NCBI RefSeq assembly: GCF_006345805.1
Contig: NC_043006.1
Location: 89,838,001-89,902,000, forward strand
DNA: 64,000 nucleotides
From: Octopus sinensis
Taxonomy: Eukaryota
Direction: 5' to 3'
The notes under the pieces were generated by a model. The model saw only the letters and a program-made list of their open reading frames with translations. It did no database searches and was not told the DNA's origin. Position numbers and translations under genes: made by a program. Every line of letters begins with the position of its first letter. Position 1 is the first letter of the stretch. Below are positions 39,486 to 51,390 of this stretch, in pieces.

Positions 39486-39927
39486 TACAAACAGGGCTTT
39501 GAAGTTAACATACTTGCTTCTGAACTATGTGGTCTTGGGTGCGACAACAGTCCTGAGTAGACCAAAGCTCTGTGAGTGGCTTCAGTAGAAACTGAGAGAA
39601 GCTAATCATGTGTGTGTGTGTGTATGTCCACATGAGTTTTGCATGTAACCTTGTTTTGACGTAACATGATGGTTGCAAAGGAAGCCTGTTATTTGTTTAC
39701 AGCCTTATGTGAAAAATGTCAAGCCATGGGAAATATTACCTTATTTGGAAACATCTGGATCTCTGGACCAGAAATTTCCTGAGGATCCAGGAGTCCATCT
39801 TATGAGCCATATCAACTTCATTGCTGATGTGACAACTATGGCTAAGATTGTTCACAATTATTCTAAAGTCACTGATATTGTTGGATGGAAGAGGAGAGTG
39901 TGGCTGTTTGAACATATTCTCTCTCTG

Positions 39928-40105
39928 GCATATATATATGACATATATATAGATATATGACATATATATATATATGGCATATATATATATATGGCATATA
40001 TATATATATATATATATGACATATATATATATGGCATATATATTATATATATATAACATATATATATATGGCATATATATATATATATATAACATATATA
40101 TATAT

Positions 40106-40169
<64 letters not shown>

Positions 40170-40354
40170 GACATATATATATAGATATATGACATATATA
40201 TATATATATGACATATATATATATAGATATATATGACATATATATATATATATATGACATATATATATATATATATGTGACATATATATATATATGTTAT
40301 ATATATATGTAATATATATATCTATGTATATATATATATGTATATATATATATG

Positions 40355-40392
<38 letters not shown>

Positions 40393-40482
40393 CATATATA
40401 TATATATATGACATATATATATATATGACATATATATATCTATATATATATATATATATGACATATATATATTATATATATG

Positions 40483-40515
<33 letters not shown>

Positions 40516-40527
40516 GTATATATATAT
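39928..40527. repeat. (TA)n microsatellite with periodic GAC/GGC interruptions
   Basis: Direct inspection. Confidence 0.95.
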
Positions 40528-40612
40528 GTAGGTCCCGGGTTGAGTCGGGGTTAACCACAGTAAATAAGGTACTCAATACATAGCAGAGTAAATTAATTTA
40601 TTTTATAGAAGG

Positions 40613-40663
40613 AGCTTCTACAGGACTAGAACAGTTTCATTCAAAAGAAATCATCAGGAAGCT
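40613..40663 (-). ncRNA. Candidate minimal type I hammerhead ribozyme
   Basis: AGCUUC CUGAUGA UUUCUUUUGAAU GAAAC UGUUCUA GUC CUGUAGAAGCU. The core is intact, but proximal stem I pairs poorly. Confidence 0.45.
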
Positions 40664-41110
40664 AGGTGACAAGAGTAGTTTTGGCATTTATACATTTAGG
40701 CAGGTTTAAAGGGGTGGTGGTGGGGGACTTTTTGGGGTAGGCATGGCGCAAACTATCATTTTTAGGGGAGTGGTCAAAGGAATCAGTGGTAAGGTAGATA
40801 AAAGAATAAATAAAAGAATAAATAAAAAAATAAATAGAAAAATAGAGTTTTAGGTAAATAAGGAGACTCACACTTATACATATATATATATATATATGAC
40901 ATTATATATATATATATGTGACATATATATATATATGTATATATATATATGTATATATATATATATGTATATATATATATCTATGTATATATATATATGT
41001 ATATATATATATGACATACATATATATATATATATATAATATATATATGACATATATATATATATGACATATATATATATATGACATATATTATATATAT
41101 ATATATTGAC

Positions 41111-41176
<66 letters not shown>

Positions 41177-41260
41177 GTAGGTCCCGGGTTGAGTCGGGGT
41201 TAACCACAGTAAATAAGGTACTCAATACATAGCAGAGTAAATTAATTATTTTATAGAAGG

Positions 41261-41311
41261 AGCTTCTACAGGACTAGAACAGTTTCATTCAAAAGAAATC
41301 ATCAGGAAGCT
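41261..41311 (-). ncRNA. Candidate minimal hammerhead ribozyme (duplicate of 40613-40663)
   Basis: Same sequence in the second tandem copy. Confidence 0.45.
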
Positions 41312-41816
41312 AGGTGACAAGAGTAGTTTTGGCATTTATACATTTAGGCAGGTTTAAAGGGGTGGTGGTGGGGGACTTTTTGGGGTAGGCATGGCGCAAA
41401 CTATCATTTTTAGGGGAGTGGTCAAAGGAATCAGTGGTAAGGTAGATAAAAGAATAAATAAAAAAATAAATAGAAAAATAGAGTTTTAGGTAAATAAGGA
41501 GACTCACACTTATACATATATATATATATATATATATATATGCATGCATGTACATATACACATACACATATATATACATACATACATATACACACATATA
41601 TACATACATACACATATACATATATATACATACATATACATGCACATACACACATACACACATACATCCATATACACATGTACATATGCACCCATATACA
41701 TGCATCTACGTACACGCCCATACCCATACTCATACATACACATATATATGTCTACGCACATATATATATATAAAGGGGGATATACACCCCCATACACACA
41801 CGCTCACATATCTATC

Positions 41817-41847
<31 letters not shown>

Positions 41848-41906
41848 ACATACCTATATATATATATATACACATACATACATATACATATACATATATA
41901 TATATA

Positions 41907-42806
41907 TAAGAATGAATGTTTTTATATATAATGAACGTGAAATACAGGAAGGGACGAACACGGAACACAGACAAATCATTCGAAGCCTTCAATCTTCAGT
42001 CAGACACCGAATCATCATAGCAAATTTCGGCTGTTCAATTCTGATATTTGCTCCAACTCGGCCAGCCCCAAGAAAAAAAACTAAGCTGTAAGCATTAGAT
42101 TTCTTGGTAGAAGACAGGAATGTGAACGCACAAGACGGATGTGAATACAAGAGACGAAAACGAAATTGAAAACAGTAATGAATAAACAAAACATATATAT
42201 AACGGTGGTTGTCATACGACTTTAGACCAAATGAGACAAAACAACAACAACATAGCAGCTGGCGTAGAAATAATTACCGTTTCGGTAGCGGGGACACATG
42301 TTGGTCGAGATACGAAGGCCAACAGAATGGTTGAAGAAGCAGCAGGTCGCAGGAGAGAGAGAAAGAGAGACAGAGAGAGAGGGAATCAAAGAGGGTGGAA
42401 GGCAGGGGACAGAATCAGTGACCAAGAGAAAAGGAGAAAGAAGGGATTAAGGAGGATGGGAGGAAGAGGGGAGGAGGATGGGAGGAATAGAGGGGAAGAA
42501 TCGGAGGGCGCCAAAAAGTTTGGTGAAGAAGCAATGGCAGGTAGTAAAGACAGTGTGTATAGAAGTCATGCAGGGTTTAAAATTGGACAAACAAACGGGG
42601 GGGGGGGTGCACGTAACGCCGCAATAATATAAGAATGAATGTTTTTATATATAATGAACGTGAAATACAGGAAGGGACGAACACGGAACACAGACAAATC
42701 ATTCGAAGCCTTCAATCTTCAGTCAGACACCGAATCATCATAGCAAATTTCGGCTGTTCAATTCTGATATTTGCTCCAACTCGGCCAGCCCCAAGAAAAA
42801 AAACTA
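41907..42806. mobile_element. Element with direct terminal repeats of about 178 bp and a 723-bp period (PLE partial tandem or TRIM-like)
   Basis: 41907-42083 and 42630-42806 are identical by eye. It is flanked by (TA/CA)n and has no coding capacity. Confidence 0.6.
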
Positions 42807-43520
42807 TATATACACACACACACATATATATACACACACACACATACATACACATACATATGCATATACATGCACACACATACACACACATTTCTTCCCT
42901 TATTTTAATTTTATTTTTATTTTTATTTTGACCTTGGCCAGCCAGCCCAGCACTGAAGTGATGTCCTCCCAAGGGAACTAGTCTAAAGAATCCATTTATT
43001 GCCCTCCTCCCTTCCTTTCTATCTTTCTTCCCACAGATACGAACACAAACACTCACACACGCACACACACTCACGCGCACACTCATACACATACACAAAC
43101 GCAGTGTTATATTCATACATACATAAGTGTACCGACTTTCACATAAACGTACACATAACTATGTACACACAAAACCACATATATAAATAAATGTACTTCA
43201 GTATACATAAACACACATGAACAACTGCCCGCATATATAGACGCATATGCCTATATACAGACATTTGTGCATATAAACATACATACGCATCTATATGCAT
43301 CCATACGCCTTTAAGTACATATTAGCACACATGCACGCATACACGTGTACATAAAAGCATACCTACATATATCTACCTACACACATACATCTACATACAT
43401 GCACGTATATACACATACGTACACATACCTACAAATTCATATCTACACGCATACACATACATACATCTATACACACACAGAAGACTAGTCCATACATATA
43501 CACAAATAAATATATATACA

Positions 43521-44223
43521 TATAATAATAATGTTCGTCCTTCAGTTCGAAGATGACCAACTGACATCATCTGATGGAACTGCCGCCATGAGACCTGAGG
43601 TGGCTGGTGAGGCCAATCCGGGCAAGGAAGCCCCTCCCACAGGTGGGGCAGAAGTGGGTAGGGGCCGTGCTACTGGTGCAGGCGGCTCTGGCTTTATGCA
43701 CCTGACGTTTCTGCTCCGCTGACCGAATCCGTCCCTCCTCGGCTGTCCCTGCTCCCAAGGTGATTGCGCTGCGCCAGGATGAGCGGTTGGCAGCAAGTGT
43801 CTCCCAGGTCTCTGTTCCGATGGAGAAGTCTTTGAGAGAGACCTTGAGACTATCCTTGTAGCGCTTCTTCTGCCCTCCGACTTTGCGCCTGCCCTGGCCG
43901 AGTTCACCGTAGAAGAGCTGTTTTGGGATGCGAGTGTCGGACATGCGGGAGACGTGGCCCGCCCATCTCAGCTGGGCCTTGCGCATGATTGTGCTGGTGC
44001 TAGGGAGATCTGCCTGCTTCAGAACTTCCGTGTCTGGGACTTTGTCCTGCCAGCGGATGTGAAGGAGGTTCCGAAGACACCTGAGATGGAAGTGGTTTAT
44101 CTGGCGCTCATGCCTTCGGTAAGCAGTCCACGTCTCGCAGCCGTATAGTAGGGTGGTAAGCACGACTGCCCGGTAGACTTTCAGCTTGGTGTTGAGGCTG
44201 ATTCCTCTCCGCTCCCAGACTTT
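43521..44223 (-). mobile_element. RTE (BovB-like) LINE 3' end with an uninterrupted ORF and C-terminal C2H2 finger
   Basis: KLKVYRAVVLTTLLYGCETW, QLRWAGHVSRM..RIPKQLFYGEL..G.R..GGQKKRYKD and CPTCGRGFLARIGLTSHLRSH. The 3' end reads GGTCATCTTCGAACTGAAGGACGAAC(ATT)n. Confidence 0.92.
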
Positions 44224-44802
44224 ATATATATACATATATATATATATACATATACACATACATACACATATATATATATACACATATATATATATATATA
44301 TATACATATATACATATACACATACACGTACGCGTATACCTACATATACATACACACATATATACTTACACCAGTCATATACATACCTACATACCCATAC
44401 ATCCATATATCTATACATATACATACACATATATATACACATGCACATACTAATACATACGCACACACATCTATCTACATATATAAAAAAGAAACCCAAC
44501 AAGTCCATACATGTACACACATACACATACATACATGCATATACACATATATACCCATACACATATACACATACATACACATACACATATATACACACAT
44601 GTATATATATACATATATACACATACATATACATACACACATGCATACACATACACACACACACGCGCATCTATATATACATAAGTACATACATGCATAA
44701 ATGTATACATATGTTTATACATATGCATACACATACACACACACGCGCATCCATATATACATAAATACATACATATATATATGACATATATATATATATA
44801 TG

Positions 44803-44828
<26 letters not shown>

Positions 44829-44833
<5 letters not shown>

Positions 44834-45045
44834 TTATATAGAAGGAGCTTCTACAGGACTAGTACTGTTTCATTCAAGAGAAATCTTCAGGAAGCTATTT
44901 AACAAGAATTGTATTAGCATTTATACATTTAGGCAGGTTTAAAGGAGTGGTGGTGGGGGACTTTTTTGGGGGTAGGCATAGCGCAAAATATCATACTTGG
45001 GGGAGTGGTCAAGGAGTCAGTGGTAAGTTAGATGAAGGAATAGAT
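44829..45045 (-). mobile_element. Third, diverged copy of the 40528 PLE-like terminal repeat
   Basis: Colinear with 40600-40800, with scattered substitutions. Confidence 0.7.
44846..44896 (-). ncRNA. Candidate minimal hammerhead ribozyme (variant)
   Basis: AGCUUC CUGAAGA UUUCUCUUGAAU GAAAC AGUACUA GUC CUGUAGAAGCU. Confidence 0.45.
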
Positions 45046-45224
45046 AAATAAAAAAATAAAATAAAGAATAAAAAATAAAAAATAAAAAATAAAAATAAAA
45101 AAATATAAAAAAAATAAAAAAATAAAATGTGTGCACATACATACATAAACACATATACATACACACACACATACGTACACATGTGTGCCTATACATACCT
45201 ACACATACACACATATATATATAT

Positions 45225-45264
<40 letters not shown>

Positions 45265-45559
45265 ATCAAATACAGGCCCATTCCCTAATTTTAATTTTAT
45301 TATCTTCATTTATTACTTTTGTTATCTTTGATCGCTAGGGCTAAGGATCCTGGCGATGGCAGCATGTCCAATCGTCTGTCTACTAGAAGGCAAGTACTCA
45401 TTCCCGCACGCACACTCATTTGCACGTACATACACCCATTCGTACACTCATACACATACACGTACGCACGCGTTATATTCATACATACAAACATCTACAT
45501 ACGTTCACGTATATACACATACGTACTCGTACCTACAGATTCATGTCTACACTTTAGGA

Positions 45560-45586
45560 GGCTAGTCTATATATATACACCAGTAA

Positions 45587-45643
<57 letters not shown>

Positions 45644-45712
45644 TACACACACACACACACATATATATACTCCTACATACAGATACATACCCATATATAT
45701 ATATATACACAT

Positions 45713-45745
<33 letters not shown>

Positions 45746-46007
45746 CATATATACATACATATATATATATATATATATATGTACATATATATACATACAT
45801 ACACACACACACATATATATACACACACATACATACACATATATATACATACACAAACATATATACACACATATATATATATATATATACACACATACAT
45901 ACACACACCTACATACATATACACACAAACACATACATACGTAAACATACATACATACATCCATACATCCATACTTACATGCATTTATACGCATACATAC
46001 ACCCCCA

Positions 46008-46044
<37 letters not shown>

Positions 46045-46540
46045 TCACACATACATATACAAATATACGCCCACACATACATACATACACGTATACGCAT
46101 ACACGCACATACACATATACATGCGTACCCATACACGTGCACACACGCACATGCATCCATATATATACACACACACACACATATATACACGTGTGCAAGC
46201 ATACATACATACTCATACACGCACACATACTTACATATACATATATGCACACACTTACACACATATATACATACACATATACATGCATACATACATATAT
46301 GCATACATACACATACACGCACATACACATATACACATGCGTACCCATACACGTGCACGCACGCACGCGCATCCATATATATACACACACACACATATAT
46401 ATACACGTGTGCAAGCATACATACATACTCATACACGCGCACATACTTACATATACATATATGCACACACTTACACACATATATACATACACATATACAT
46501 GCATACATACATATATGCATACATACACACACGCGCACTC

Positions 46541-46579
<39 letters not shown>

Positions 46580-46674
46580 TACACATATATATATATATAC
46601 ATATATATACACAAACATATATATACACATATACACATACACATACATGCACACCTACACACACATACACATAC

Positions 46675-46705
<31 letters not shown>

Positions 46706-46795
46706 CACATATATACACATATACACATACATATATACACACATACATACATATACATACACACACACATACATATATACACGGATACACATACC

Positions 46796-46841
<46 letters not shown>

Positions 46842-46981
46842 TATACATGCATACATACATATATATACACATACACACATATAAACATATATATATATAC
46901 ACACACACATATATATATACATATACACACACACACACATACACATACATATATACACATACACACATACATATATATACA
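45560..46981. repeat. (CA)/(TA)/(CATA) microsatellite mosaic
   Basis: Source of the spurious 300-520 aa H/T/Y/I ORFs. Confidence 0.95.
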
Positions 46982-47180
46982 TATGGAATTCCATACTCAA
47001 TATCATGGAAAGTCCTCCACCGTCCAAGTCTTTACATAAATGGAACAAAACACTGCAGGCTATGCATAGCCGAATGCATGGAAATCCTGAAAAACTTGCA
47101 TGTACCAGGGAACATACAAAACTCCAGAACAGATTTTCAGGCTGTGCTCACATTTCAGGAAATTCCTATTAGTGTTTTGC
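46982..47180 (+). pseudogene. Penelope-like element GIY-YIG endonuclease C-terminal fragment
   Basis: [36 protein letters not shown]...NIQNSRTDF, then after a frameshift GCAH. This matches the PLE motif W.I...PY..G.K.C.LC..E...I...N.R.E...C.H. Confidence 0.7.
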
Positions 47181-47831
47181 TGGCAACCCTCTATCTTCTA
47201 CCCTCACAGATGACTGGTGGCATAGCTGAAAGAGGATGGCATAGCTGGAAGCCAATTACCACCAGAGGGAGATAACTCCTATTGTTTATATACAGTTCGT
47301 TTCCCCCTCCATACTTTAAAGAGACTATAAAGATGCTTTTTATTGCAAGAAACCCAGGGTAACCCTATAAACAGGCCTTCACCAATAATATATATGTGTG
47401 TGTGTGTGTGTGTAACATATGGTATATAAAATTATAAACAGGGTAAATTTTAGCCATTTCTTTGCAGATTGAAAAAAATGATTTGTGAAACTGATGTAAG
47501 CAGAAACACAAATATTACTTTCCTTTAAAAAAAGACAAAAAATAGAAGACGAAAAAGCCAAACAATCTGGACTTGATGTAAAGTCTTCAGTTGTGACTGG
47601 GTGGGTTTCATATTTTCTCTCATTCCAGAAATTTTAAATTTATGACTGAAAATAATGAACTATTTATGATAGAATTTCAAGAGCTGTACCAGTTTATTTA
47701 TTTACTTTGTTCGTTATTTATTTATTTATAAATTTATTTATTAAAATTCAGTGTTTATGTTGTTGCTTTGTTATTTAGTTTTACTTTCACACACACATAA
47801 TGTATGTATATACACACCCAGAGATATATAT

Positions 47832-49920
47832 CATCATCATCATCATCATCATTTAACGTCCGCTTTCCATGCTAGCATGGGTTGGACGGTTCAACTTGGG
47901 TCTGGGGAGCCCGAAAGCTGCACCAGTCCAGTCAGATCTGGCAGTGTTTCTACAGCTGGATGCCCTTCCTAACGCCAACCACTCCGAGAGTGTAGTGGGT
48001 GATTTTATGTGCCACCAACACAGGTGCCAGACGAGGCTGGCAAACGGCCACGCTCGGATGGTGTTTTTTTATGTGCCACCGACACAGGTGCCAGACGAGG
48101 CTGGCAGACGGCCACGCTCGGATGGTGTTTTTTATGTGCCACCGACACAGGTGCCAGACGAGGCTGGCAGACGGCCACGCTCGGATGGTGTTTTTATGTG
48201 CCACCGACACAGGTGGCAGACGGCCACGCTCGGATGGTGTTTTTATGTGCCACCGACACAGGTGCCAGATGAGGCTGGCAAACGGCCACGATCGGATGGT
48301 GCTTGTTACGTGCCCACAGCACAGAGGCCAGTCGATGCGGTACTGGCTACGGCCACGTTCGGATGGTTTTCTTATGTGCCACGTGCCACCGGCACTGGTA
48401 CCACAAAGATACAAATTCCATTGATGTTCATCTATTTTGATTTGTTTTGATTTGATTTTGATTTTCACTTGCCTCAACAGGTCTTCACAAGTGTCACAAG
48501 AAGGAAGGTATGCACAGGTGGACTGACTACGTCCCAGGTAGGGGCCATGGGTTATGGCCTGACTAGTCTTGCCGGGTCTTCGGATGTGTTTTTTATGTGC
48601 CACCGACACAGGTGCTAGATGAGGCTGGCGAACGGCCACGATCGGATGGTGTTTGTCATGTGCCCACCGCACTGACTACGGCACTGATGGATTTCTTGTG
48701 TGCCACAGGCACTGGTACCACAAGATACAAATTCCATTGATGTTCATCTATTTTGTCTATTTTGATTTGATTTGATTTGATTTTCACTTGCCTCAACCGG
48801 TCTTCACAAGTGTCACAAGAAGGAACGTATGCACAAGTGGACTGACTAGTCTTGCCGGGTCTTCGGAAGGTGTTTTTATGTGCCACCGACACAGGTGCCA
48901 GATGAGGCTGGCGAACGGCCATGATCGGATGGTGTTTGTTACGTGCCCACAGCACGGAGGCCGGTCGATGCGGAACTGGCTACGGCCACGTTCGGATGGT
49001 TCTCATGTGTGCCACCGGCACTGGTACCACAAAGTGTGTGCCACCGGCACTGGTACCACAAAGATACAGATTCCATTGATGTTCATCTATTTTGATTTGT
49101 TTTGATTTGATTTTCACTTGCCTCAACAGGTCTTCACAAGTGTCACAAGAAGGAAGGTATGCACAGGTGGACTGACTACGTCCCAGGTAGGGGCCATGGG
49201 TTATGGCCTGACTAGTCTTGCCGGGTCTTCGGATGGTGTTTTTATGTGCCACCGACACAGGTGCTAGATGAGGCTGGCGAACGGCCACGATCGGATGGTG
49301 TTTGTCATGTGCCCACAGAACGGAGGCCAGTCGATGCGGTACTGGCTACGGCCACTTTCGGATGGTTTTCTCTTGTGTGCCACCGGCACTGGTACCACAA
49401 AGATACAGATTCCATTGATGTTCATCTATTTTGATTTGTTTTGATTTGATTTTGATTTTGATTTTCACTTGCCTCAACAGGCCTTTGATTTTCACTTGCC
49501 TCAACAGGCCTTCACAAGTATCACAAGGAGGAAGGTATGCACAGGTGGACTGACTACGTCCCAGGTAGGGGCCATGGTTTATGGCCTGACTAGTCTTGCC
49601 GGGTCTTCGGAAGGTGTTTTTATGTGCCACCGACACAGGTGCTAGATGAGGCTGGCGAACGGCCACAACCGGATGGTGTTTGTTATGTGCCCACAGCACG
49701 ATGGCCAGTGATGCGGTACTGACTACGGCCACGTTCGGATGGATTCTTGTGTGCCACCGGCACTGGTACCACAAGCGGTACTGACTACGGCCAAGCGGTA
49801 CTGACTACGGCCACGTTCGGATGGATTCTTGTGTGCCACTGGCACTGGTACCACAAGGATACAAATTCCATTGATGTTCATCTATTTTGATTTGTTTTGA
49901 TTTGATTTGATTTGATTTTC
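47832..49920 (-). repeat. RTE family 3' UTR expanded into a nested tandem array
   Basis: (GAT)n tail at 47832-47852. Units of 62-64 bp start at 48009, 48073, 48136 and 48198. A larger unit has anchors at 48408, 48724, 49063, 49402 and 49858. Confidence 0.85.
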
Positions 49921-49976
49921 AATATATTTATATGTACACACAAACATCCATATATATATATATATATATATATATA

Positions 49977-50148
49977 CCGGAGTAAACACATAAATGTGAA
50001 ACAGGGTGGAGAAAAGAGTACTCAAATACCAGTGGTAGAGTAATATGCTTTATTTAAAGCAGTAGAAAATTCAACAAAACCTGTTACTCTGAGTTTCGCG
50101 AAACTCAGAGTAACAGGTTTTGTTGAATTTTCTGCTGCTTTAAATAAA

Positions 50149-50149
<1 letters not shown>
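49977..50149. mobile_element. PLE-like terminal fragment ending in a 102-bp palindrome
   Basis: 50048-50149 is self-complementary with one G-T mismatch. 49977-50025 resembles the fragment at 4305-4365, and (TA)n flanks both sides. Confidence 0.65.
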
Positions 50150-50189
<40 letters not shown>

Positions 50190-50194
<5 letters not shown>

Positions 50195-50400
50195 ATCTGT
50201 AACCACATGTGAATCAGTGGTTTTCTTCCTCCATCTTCATTTCTATTGTATTTCCCTCTGTTTCTGAAGAAGAGCATTGCTCAAAATGTTAAACCATCAT
50301 TCTTTCCTTCTCTGAGCATCGGCTAATACTTTATATGTACCATGCACTCACAATGTTGTGTTTTTTTGCATTTGTTCATCTTCTTTTTGGGGATTTACTA
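50190..50400 (+). mobile_element. PLE-like terminal fragment with a decayed hammerhead-like core
   Basis: GTTT CTGAAGA AGAGCATTGCTC AAAAT GTT AAAC at 50260-50294, flanked by (TA)n. Confidence 0.4.
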
Positions 50401-50432
<32 letters not shown>

Positions 50433-50534
50433 GTATGTATATATAGGTATATACATATATATACATATTTATTTAATCATATATATATATATATATATTG
50501 TGTGTTTGTGTATATGTTTATATGTATATATAAA

Positions 50535-50680
50535 TGGTTAGTGTTAGGAAGGGCATCCAGCTGTAGAAACTTTGCCAGATCAGATTGGAGCCTGGTGCAG
50601 CCATCTGGCTCGCCAGTCCTCAGTCAAACCGTCCAACTCATGCCAGCATGGAAAGCGGATGTTAAACAATGATGATGATA
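50535..50680 (+). mobile_element. RTE family 3' tail fragment
   Basis: GTTAGGAAGGGCATCCAGCTGTAGAAAC...GCATGGAAAGCGGATGTTAAACAATGATGATGA. Confidence 0.75.
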
Positions 50681-51390
50681 TATATGTATATATATATATT
50701 TACCAACACTCTCACACACACACACAAAAGCACTTGCACATGCACATATACATGTGAATGTGTGTGTCTGTGGGCATGCAGAAATGTTTAAGTGTGTAGA
50801 CATGTGTGCCTAAGTTGAGGTGTGTGTGAAATGAATGGTTTTGGCTCGGCCTTCTTCACTCGCAGCACCATGCATCACACTGCATCCATCACAGCTCGAC
50901 CGACAGAAGGGAAGCCGTATATCAAAGCACGTAGAATTATATTTTATTGATGACCAACAGAGAGTAGAAAAAATGGATATGTGTATGGTGGAATGATGGT
51001 GGAGGAGATGATGGTGTCGCTGGAGGGGTAGCAATGGTAGGGACGTCGTTGTGGCAATGGTGAGGATGATGGTGTGGTTACTGAGAAAGACTCTGATGTT
51101 GGTGGTGGTGGTGATAGTGAAAGCCATTATGGCTGAAGAAAGAAATTGAAAAGTAAAGAATAGCATCAAATAGAAGAAAAATCTGAAGTACTTGGGCATT
51201 TTTGTGTGTTACTTATTCTTTTATTTTATTTATTCATTTATTATTATCGTCATCATCATCATCATCATCATTATTATTATTTCTAAAGATTCTTCTTTTG
51301 TGGGAGAAGAGAAAGCGTGAAATGCATTTATTGTTAGTTGAAGGTCTCCCTACATATGCTCTGCTTTATACTGTAGAGCAGTTATATATA

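Larger units (their letters stand above)
40528..41516 (-). mobile_element. Tandem pair (649-bp period) of a PLE-like terminal repeat of about 350 bp, separated by microsatellite
   Basis: 40528-40880 and 41177-41516 are near-identical. The minus strand reads pyrimidine-rich tract, hammerhead-like core, then an A/T-rich end. Confidence 0.6.

Noticed and set aside
43567-47275. Very long ORFs (300-520 aa) rich in H/T/Y/I or C/V/M/Y
   Set aside because: They are translations of (CA)n/(TA)n mosaics. Only the embedded RTE (43521-44223) and PLE (46982-47180) parts are real coding remnants.
47985-49920. CRISPR-like array of palindromic repeats
   Set aside because: The intervening sequences are themselves repeated, the array is continuous with an RTE 3' tail, the context is eukaryotic and there are no cas genes.
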